NCBI RefSeq assembly: GCF_018336915.1
Contig: NZ_CP064923.1
Coordinates: 5,220,001 to 5,252,000 of the forward strand
DNA from: Acaryochloris marina S15
GTDB taxonomy: Bacteria > Cyanobacteriota > Cyanobacteriia > Thermosynechococcales > Thermosynechococcaceae
Direction of reading: 5' to 3'
Length of the DNA: 32,000 bases
A model generated the notes under the pieces. The model was not told the origin of the DNA and searched no databases. It worked only from the letters and a program-made list of their open reading frames with translations. Below, one piece after another: positions 25,877 through 32,000 of the stretch (its first letter is position 1; each line of letters starts with the position of its first letter). Made by a program: the position numbers and the translations under genes.

Positions 25877-27110
25877 TAGATCTTCAGAAAAGCATCCGTG
25901 GTTTTAGCGACACTACATCTTCATTAAATATAGTAACTAGCTCCTGATACTCTTAGCTCTGGCAAGGATTTCAAGATTATCAGAGGTCATCCAGTATGCT
26001 CGCACAATTCAAACTGCGCTTTACCCAATCAACACGCAAAAAGATTGAAGCTAAACTGCGCCAGGCATACGGGAGTCAGAATTTACGTCTGGTCAAACGT
26101 ATTAGTGCTTTATTGCAGCTTGGTCAAGGTGGTTCAGTGGCACAGGTAGCTGAAACATTGGCACTAGGCGAACAAACGATCAGGGATTATCTGCATGCAT
26201 TTCTAAAACGAGGTATCGCTAGCTTTAGATACAAAGCGTCTCAAGGACGTCGCAGCAAACTCACTCCACGGCAACGACAACAGCTCAAGTCATGGATTAA
26301 AGCAGGTCCGCTCAAAGCTGGATACGAGTGTGGTTGTTGGAGTGCATTAATGGTTCAAGACCTGATTGCGAAACGCTTCAATGTTTCCTATCATCCCCAT
26401 TATGTGAGTACTCTACTGAGGAACTTAGGCTTTTCATTTCAAAGAGCACGGTTTGTTGCAGCTCATCTCAATGAAGCCAAGCGACAAGAATGGATGACAC
26501 ACAAATGGCCTGAGATTTTGCGTTTATCAGCAGCCAAAGATGCCCTAATTTTATTTGGGGATGAGGCCAGTTTTGCGCAGTGGGGGTCGTTAAGCTACAC
26601 CTGGAGTCTTCGTGGAGACCAGCCAACATTGCCCACCAGTGGTAAACGGAAGGCTTACAAGGTGTTTGGATTAATTGATTATCATTCTGGTCAGTTCTTC
26701 TATCAAGGTCAGACGGGACGCTTCAATTCTGAAGGGTATACTGCTTTTCTAACTCAAGTACTCCAGCAGACTCACAAGCATATTATTCTCATTCAGGACG
26801 GGGCTAGATATCACACCAGTAAAGCAACTAAGCAGTTCTTTGACCAGCAATCCGCTCGCCTTACTCCTTTCCAATTACCCACATATTCTCCTGACTTCAA
26901 CCCAATTGAATTCTTGTGGAAGAAACTCAAAAAACGCAGCACACACCTACGGTTCTTCAAGCAATTTGATGACTTAGTTCAGCAGGTCGATGAGGGGCTA
27001 CTGTACTTTAGTCAGACTCCCAATGAAATTACTGTCTTAATGGGCAAATATTGCAAAACCTTGGGTACACAAGCTGCCTAGCTAATCACGGATCTTTATC
27101 TGTAGATCTA
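25877..27110 (+). mobile_element. IS630-family insertion sequence (1234 bp), apparently intact, inserted into the IS1634 transposase gene
   Basis: The inverted repeats are TAGATCTTCAGAAAAGCATCCGTGGTTTTAGCG (left) and the reverse complement of the right end, TAGATCTACAGATAAGATCCGTGATTAGC. A TA target duplication lies at 25875-25876 and 27111-27112. Confidence 0.88.
25996..27081 (+). CDS. IS630-family transposase (single ORF, HTH plus DDE_3)
   Basis: 361 aa. ILFGDEASF (D), IQDGARYHTS (D) and LPTYSPDFNPIEFLWKKLK (E). The stop codon lies inside the right inverted repeat. Confidence 0.93.
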   Translation: MLAQFKLRFTQSTRKKIEAKLRQAYGSQNLRLVKRISALLQLGQGGSVAQVAETLALGEQTIRDYLHAFLKRGIASFRYKASQGRRSKLTPRQRQQLKSWIKAGPLKAGYECGCWSALMVQDLIAKRFNVSYHPHYVSTLLRNLGFSFQRARFVAAHLNEAKRQEWMTHKWPEILRLSAAKDALILFGDEASFAQWGSLSYTWSLRGDQPTLPTSGKRKAYKVFGLIDYHSGQFFYQGQTGRFNSEGYTAFLTQVLQQTHKHIILIQDGARYHTSKATKQFFDQQSARLTPFQLPTYSPDFNPIEFLWKKLKKRSTHLRFFKQFDDLVQQVDEGLLYFSQTPNEITVLMGKYCKTLGTQAA

Positions 27111-28592
27111 TAGTGCATTTCTTAACTGTCGTTGTCCTAAGCTGTAGACCATCAAACACAAGGCCATGATCATGGCTAAGGCAGCGATACGCCGAGGTGT
27201 CTTCAGGAAAACACTAGAGGCAAAGAAGAGTGGATCTTTGATAAAGCGAAAGCCTCCTTCACACGCCTGCTGGTTCTTATACTCGCGCAGAATATCATCA
27301 TTGCTCCATTGCTCTTGTTCCAAGAGATTGGTGGCTAAGATGAAACGACCTGCTTGCCGCCGATAGCGTTCGATGACTGGCTCATTGAGGGTTAAGGTAG
27401 CCTCAATAGAATAGGTGTAGTGAGTCACAACCGTTGCTTTTGTCGGTCGTCCAGCCTTTGAATAATGAGGTTTTTTGTGGATTTTGAGATCGTCAAGGGT
27501 GTGATACCTGAGGATTTTGCCAAAATCTTGGGCTGCAGCTAAAGCATCTGCAGGGCACAAGAAGGTCTGTTTGCAGAGGGTTTTAAGTGCAGTAGTTTTT
27601 TGGCTAAACGCCTGATCAATCCGCTTTTGCACTTGTTTGAGTCCAGAGTCTCTGCGAGCTTTACTTTCAACCACCAGCCACCGTTGTTGAATCTCTCCAT
27701 AGGTACTACATACTTCGACAAAGCTATAGCCGTTGAGAGCACTGGGGTGAAACTGTGAACCCGGCAGCCCTTGTAATAAGTCTTGGGCTGCCGTTGAACT
27801 TGCTGGAACTCGGCTAATCCAAGATGTACTTCCTAATGCTTGCAGATTGTCGGCACTGTAGAGGGCACTATCAGCAACAATCACCTCTGGCTGTTGCTGA
27901 CTCCACTGTTGCTTAAATTCATGGATGATAGGCACAAACGTACTTTTGTCCGCATCATTACCGTTGCCCACTTGTAAAAATAAAGGAATACCCCCGTCCC
28001 CACTCACCAGTAGGTTCAATACAAACTGCTTGAGATCACGACGATTGTCCCGTGAGTAGCCGTAGGTGATTTTCACGGGTATCGGCTCCTCTGATTCAGC
28101 CAGTGCAGGGGAGGGGGACTCAGGTGCAGAGGGGGATTCGTCTGACGCCTCAACCTGTGGTTTATCTAAGTATTGCCCCTCAACACTAAGGCTTGTCGCA
28201 TCTAGATGCGCACACCTTAGAGCTACATCGAATTTCTGAACGACTGCCATTGCCACATGGATAAATATCTGGGTCACACCATAGGCATAGAGCTTGTCGA
28301 GGACTCGACCGATACGGGTATCGTTGAGGTGCTCTGGCAGTACACCTTGACCGAGTAAGTGCTCGGTTGCTTTGCTTTCGAAAAACTCACTAAATAAGTA
28401 CAATGGAGCACTCAAAAAGCCCATACCATTTAGAATCAGGGCTTTGACAACTTGACCACAACTAACATTCTCTTGCTCGTGAGTACCTAATAATCGATCC
28501 ACTATTTCGACAATGCCGATCTCATCGACGATACCGGCAATAATACCGAGATGGTCAATATCCTGAACGTCTATCTCTTGAGGTGAATACAT
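27108..28592 (-). pseudogene. IS1634-family transposase, N-terminal 494 codons, truncated by the IS630 insertion
   Basis: MYSPQEIDVQDIDHLGIIAGIVDEIGIVEIVDRLLG (DUF4277-type N-terminus) is followed by a DDE region. The ORF terminates at a TAG formed by the IS630 terminus. Confidence 0.88.
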
Positions 28593-28814
28593 GGACTTGC
28601 GTTGAGAGACAACCTCAAAATTATCCCTTGATGGTTAGTACCTGCTGAATGTCGGTTCAATATTGCACTTTATGACAAGAGAAGAAAGGATGCTATTTTG
28701 CCAGATGAGTTTTTGCTAAGAATTAATGCTTCTGGAAAAGTCTATGTGTCTTCTCTCGTCCGTTAATAACAGCTACTACCCTATTCAACAAGCATCATTT
28801 CTGTTAGATATGTT

Positions 28815-29132
28815 TCAAGGTTCAGTGTGATGGAGCTTCATCAATTTCAAGTCATAGAAAACACTCCGTCCCTGTCTCAAATCGGTCAATATAAATATCC
28901 TAGGAAAAATATTTAACGCTGCTACCAGCTCGAAGAGTGCTTGTTGAGCAAGGATTGGGTTGGTATACCGTTGAATTAGCTTATGTACTTCACAGAGCAC
29001 GGGAAAAGTCGTAATCAAACTGTGCTGCTCATCAATGAGAAACTTAAGACGATCTACACAATAATGATGCTGAGTATCTTGTCGATGAAAAATAGCTATG
29101 AAAGGGCCCGCATCAACAATGAGACGTGACAT
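28815..29132 (-). CDS. Short PIN-domain protein (VapC-like toxin), possibly degenerate, with no cognate antitoxin ORF
   Basis: MSRLIVDAGPFIAIFHRQDTQHH...TTFPVLCEVHKL matches a PIN N-terminus (Asp, then Glu). It is only about 105 aa against the usual 130-160. The C-terminal IFILTDLRQ...FYDL resembles the usual IFTLD..DF..Y ending, which suggests an internal deletion. The track start at 29135 is a TTG and an ATG lies at 29132. Confidence 0.45.
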   Translation of the reverse strand: MSRLIVDAGPFIAIFHRQDTQHHYCVDRLKFLIDEQHSLITTFPVLCEVHKLIQRYTNPILAQQALFELVAALNIFPRIFILTDLRQGRSVFYDLKLMKLHHTEP

Positions 29133-29142
29133 CAATGATAAT

Positions 29143-29190
29143 CATCTTCGTTCATTGATACCCCTTCTAATGTATCAATGAACGAAGATG
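29143..29190. repeat. Perfect 19-bp inverted repeat with a 10-nt spacer
   Basis: CATCTTCGTTCATTGATAC (29143-29161), then cccttctaat, then GTATCAATGAACGAAGATG (29172-29190). It lies 11 nt upstream of the PIN ATG and about 145 nt downstream of the rbgA stop. Confidence 0.85.
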
Positions 29191-29334
29191 CCGACTAACT
29201 TGAATAATTGAGAGGCATCTTTGCCTCGCCACTTTTGCTTGACCCATGCAAGCAGTAACGAAAAAGTGACGAGGCTACCGGATGTTCTAGTACCTCTGCT
29301 GAAATTACGCTACATCTTGCAACAAAAGCCAAGG

Positions 29335-30210
29335 CTAAAGACTAGCAGGTGGTAACTCCAGCGTAACCTTCCCCAAAAGACCTTTGCGAAAATCGTTCAG
29401 AACTTTCTGGGCCATGCGCTCTAGATCCCCTTGATGCAGTTGTTCAGCCGCTGTTTCCAAATAATCTGCAGCAGTCAAGGATGTGGGGTCAATTTGATAG
29501 CGGTTTTGCAGAATCTTGTCAGGCAAAAATCCACGCTTAGGATCACATGACTCTAGCGCTTGGATCAGCTCAATTAAAGCAGTCGCCACCAACTGATTTT
29601 CATAGGCGGCAGTGCCGATATCATCGCAAATAGCCAACTTATAGGCCGCTGCTTGATTATCCAATTTAGCGGGTAATACACCGGGGGTATCCAAAAGTTC
29701 CAAATCTGGAGACACACGCACCCAACGAAGCTGACGGGTTACCCCTGGACGGCGAGCACTTTCAACAATGCGTCGCTTCAGCAGGCGATTGATTAAAGCA
29801 GATTTACCCACATTGGGAAACCCCAGCACCACTGCTCGCACTGGGCGAGGTCGCATACCGCGGCTTCGCCGTCGTTGATTAATACTGACCCCTACTTTTT
29901 CCGCTGCTGTAATCACGGCCTTAATACCTTTACCATGCTGAGCATCTGTACAGTGAGGCACCAGACCTTCTGCCTTCAGAGCATCGAGCCAAAGCTGATG
30001 GGAAACCGGCGTAACCAAGTCAATCCGATTCAACACCAATACATGAGGCTTTTCCCCAATCCATCTCTGAATTTGAGGGTGGTGGCTAGAGTGGGGGATG
30101 CGGGCATCTCGCACCTCTAGAACCACATCTACCTTTTTGAGCTGTTCAATTAGGGCTTTTTCAGCCTTGGCGATATGACCGGGATACCACTGAATGGGGG
30201 GAGTAGACAT
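29335..30210 (-). CDS. rbgA: Ribosome biogenesis GTPase A (YlqF/RbgA), circularly permuted GTPase
   Basis: IQWYPGHIAKA, LNRIDL (G4) preceding GFPNVGKSALINRL (G1), and DTPGV (G3). The start lies 4 nt after the valS stop. Confidence 0.93.
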   Translation of the reverse strand: MSTPPIQWYPGHIAKAEKALIEQLKKVDVVLEVRDARIPHSSHHPQIQRWIGEKPHVLVLNRIDLVTPVSHQLWLDALKAEGLVPHCTDAQHGKGIKAVITAAEKVGVSINQRRRSRGMRPRPVRAVVLGFPNVGKSALINRLLKRRIVESARRPGVTRQLRWVRVSPDLELLDTPGVLPAKLDNQAAAYKLAICDDIGTAAYENQLVATALIELIQALESCDPKRGFLPDKILQNRYQIDPTSLTAADYLETAAEQLHQGDLERMAQKVLNDFRKGLLGKVTLELPPASL

Positions 30211-30214
30211 AACC

Positions 30215-32000
30215 CTAGAGTCGCTCTAGGCGATCGCGCAAAATCTCAGCCTGCTTTTCGGCTTCAGCCAGGGTATCACGAGCGCCCTGAACCACTGCGG
30301 GTGGGGCTTGCTCCACAAAATTGGCATTGTTCAACCGACCACTACTGGACCGAATTTCTGCGTCTGCTTTTTTCAGATCCTTATTTAGCTTGGCTTTCAG
30401 GATCTCAACGTCCACTACACCGCTAAGAGGTAGAAGGACTTGGACCGTACCAACCACACCAATGATGGTTTGTTTAACTTCCCCTTCTACTGCTGGAGTG
30501 ATGCTCAAAGACTCTACTCTCGCCAGATCCTGGAGATAGGTTTGACCGGCTGTGAGGATTTGTCGTTCGCGATCGCTTTCGCTTTGCAAAATCACTTTAA
30601 TGGGCTGCTTTGGCTTAATGCTGGCTTCTGCTCGTAAGTTGCGAATGGTGCGAATGGTCTCAATGACTAGCTCAAACTGCTCTTCTAGCCCCGGATCAAC
30701 CCAGGCTGTGAAATCAGCGGAATTTGGCTCTGGCTGTGAATTTTTAGGTATAAAGTCATCTTCGTCGTGGGGCTCTGGTTCGACTGCCGCAGGCTCTGCC
30801 AAAGCCAAATCCCCACCTAAGGCTTCCGCCGTTGTCTCCAAAGTCTTGGGATCACTCAGCAATGGCAAAATTTCATCTTTCTTCTTTTGCAAGGATTCGA
30901 CCCAGGCTTGGCGATCGTCATACCAGAGCAGACGCCGATAGGCAAAGTTCAGAGAATAGCCCAAACCAATTAATTCAAAGGCGCTGCCTAATAGGGGAAC
31001 GTGATTAATCGCACCTAATACTGCTGCCGTAACTGCAAGACTGATAATACCCAGGAAGAAAACACAGACCCACAGTAAGACCGTTTGATTTACATCTAGA
31101 AAACGGCCGAGGTACGCTGGCAACTCGCCAAAGATATGGACGGCATCTCGCCAGCTAAAATCATGAACTTCAGGGTCTGGCTCCAAGGTCTCATCCCTCG
31201 TTTGAGCGGTCGATTCTGTCTCCGGTGCAGCAGATGGCTCAGGAGCTGCCGCTGCCTCTTCTACAGGAACATCAGCCATATCTGAAGAAAGCGGCACCGT
31301 TTCTGTCACTAATTGAATATCAGCTGCTTCTGGGTAGGGCTGACTGGCTAAATATTGTTCTGAGGTCGGTTGAGTCAGGGTCTGCCAAATCTCTTCCGTA
31401 ATATGGGGCATAAACGGATGAAAGAGCTTCAGCGTTCCCTCTAATACATAGGCAAGGGTTTGCTGGGCCACACGCTGGGAAGTAGTACCTTCCTGACGCA
31501 GTCGGGGCTTCACCAGTTCGATATACCAGTCACAGAAATCACCCCAAATAAATTCATACAGACCTTTCGAAGCTTCACCCAAACCATAGGCATCCACCTG
31601 ATTGCGGGTTTGCTGCACCAGGCGATGATATCGGGATAAAATCCAACGATCCGCCAATTCTAAATCAGCAATAGCAGGCTGCCCAAGCTGCTCGGGAGTG
31701 TGCCCATTCAGATTCATCAACACAAATCGAGAGGCATTCCATAACTTATTAGCAAAGTTACGAGAAGCTTCTACAGAAGTAGATTCATCCGTCTTGCGGT
31801 TATATTCCAAGCGAATATCTTGCCCTGCACCAGCCACCTCTCGGATCAGGGTATAGCGGAGGGCATCGGTGCCATATTTGTCGATCAAGATCAACGGATC
31901 AATCCCGTTATTGGACGACTTCGACATTTTTTTATTATTTTCGTCCCGCACCAAGCCATGGATATAGACATCCTTAAAAGGCATCTCTCCAGTAAAGTGG
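30215..32000 (-). CDS. valS: Valyl-tRNA synthetase, C-terminal two thirds or so (the 5' end lies beyond the right window edge), carrying a CAAD insertion
   Basis: The frame is open to nt 32000 (...[19 protein letters not shown]). It contains KMSKS, an anticodon-binding region ([16 protein letters not shown]) and a C-terminal coiled coil ([28 protein letters not shown]). Confidence 0.95.
   Translation of the reverse strand, partial: HFTGEMPFKDVYIHGLVRDENNKKMSKSSNNGIDPLILIDKYGTDALRYTLIREVAGAGQDIRLEYNRKTDESTSVEASRNFANKLWNASRFVLMNLNGHTPEQLGQPAIADLELADRWILSRYHRLVQQTRNQVDAYGLGEASKGLYEFIWGDFCDWYIELVKPRLRQEGTTSQRVAQQTLAYVLEGTLKLFHPFMPHITEEIWQTLTQPTSEQYLASQPYPEAADIQLVTETVPLSSDMADVPVEEAAAAPEPSAAPETESTAQTRDETLEPDPEVHDFSWRDAVHIFGELPAYLGRFLDVNQTVLLWVCVFFLGIISLAVTAAVLGAINHVPLLGSAFELIGLGYSLNFAYRRLLWYDDRQAWVESLQKKKDEILPLLSDPKTLETTAEALGGDLALAEPAAVEPEPHDEDDFIPKNSQPEPNSADFTAWVDPGLEEQFELVIETIRTIRNLRAEASIKPKQPIKVILQSESDRERQILTAGQTYLQDLARVESLSITPAVEGEVKQTIIGVVGTVQVLLPLSGVVDVEILKAKLNKDLKKADAEIRSSSGRLNNANFVEQAPPAVVQGARDTLAEAEKQAEILRDRLERL
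30701..31306 (-). other. CAAD-type insertion (about 200 aa, with a two-helix membrane hairpin) within ValRS
   Basis: It lies between [10 protein letters not shown] and [25 protein letters not shown]. An acidic/Ala-Pro-rich linker leads to two hydrophobic helices, [26 protein letters not shown] and [21 protein letters not shown] (nt 30938-31084), followed by another acidic linker. Confidence 0.8.

Larger units (their letters stand above)
25655..28655 (-). mobile_element. IS1634-family (IS4-like) insertion sequence, about 1.77 kb of its own sequence, split by an IS630 insertion
   Basis: Terminal inverted repeats are CCTACATTCAGCAGG (from 25655) and the reverse complement CCGACATTCAGCAGG (ending at 28655), with further partial matches inward. 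A 6-bp direct repeat TTCAAT flanks the element at 25649-25654 and 28656-28661. Confidence 0.8.

Noticed and set aside
13243-28655. The idea that the two IS clusters delimit a composite transposon carrying umuDC and its neighbours (15.3-25.6 kb)
   Set aside because: The flanking elements belong to different families or subgroups. The two IS630 copies share no obvious nucleotide or protein identity. No shared terminal repeats or flanking duplications bracket the region. HIP1 sites inside umuC argue against recent import of the whole block.
30321-30941. Plus-strand ORFs (65-129 aa) antisense to valS, including one opposite the CAAD region
   Set aside because: They are shadow ORFs of a highly expressed core gene, with Ser/Ala-rich translations typical of antisense reading.
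1-32000. A scan for tRNA, rRNA, tmRNA-like motifs and CRISPR repeat-spacer arrays
   Set aside because: No GTTCGAATC-type T-arm with matching acceptor stems was seen, nor any rRNA-like conserved blocks or regularly spaced direct repeats. The scan was visual only, so small ncRNAs could have been missed.

Overview
This window looks like cyanobacterial chromosome. It has 14 copies of the HIP1 octamer GCGATCGC, a naturally split dnaE gene ending in an N-intein, and a valS gene carrying a CAAD membrane-anchor insertion.

Layout, left to right:
- 1-13.2 kb, mostly housekeeping: dnaE-N (minus strand, runs off the left edge), a relA/spoT homolog, a three-gene vWA / PP2C phosphatase / Ser-Thr kinase module, an AmiC-type amidase, and a rhomboid protease plus metallophosphoesterase pair.
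- 13.2-15.3 kb: an IS630-family element with an IS1-family element nested in its 3' end.
- 15.5-21.6 kb: a putative lipoprotein, a 490-bp AT-rich spacer, an NDP-sugar pyrophosphorylase, a umuD-umuC operon preceded by a LexA-box-like palindrome, a redoxin, and an NTF2-like/membrane fusion protein.
- 21.7-29.3 kb, which looks more AT-rich and has no HIP1: a small membrane protein, a CbbX/SpoVK-type AAA+ ATPase, an anchored alpha/beta hydrolase, an IS1634-family element split by a second IS630-family element, and a short orphan PIN gene next to a perfect 19-bp palindrome.
- 29.3-32 kb: rbgA and the 3' part of valS (minus strand, runs off the right edge).

I found no rRNA, tRNA or CRISPR array.

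The best candidate for an uncharacterised system is the vWA-PP2C-kinase triad at 5.3-9.3 kb. Its kinase is fused to a transmembrane helix and a seven-blade WD40 propeller that I predict to be extracytoplasmic. The triad architecture has been named in comparative genomics, but its function is unknown and this fusion variant has not, to my knowledge, been studied.

All calls come from reading translations by eye. No searches, alignments or GC calculations were run.
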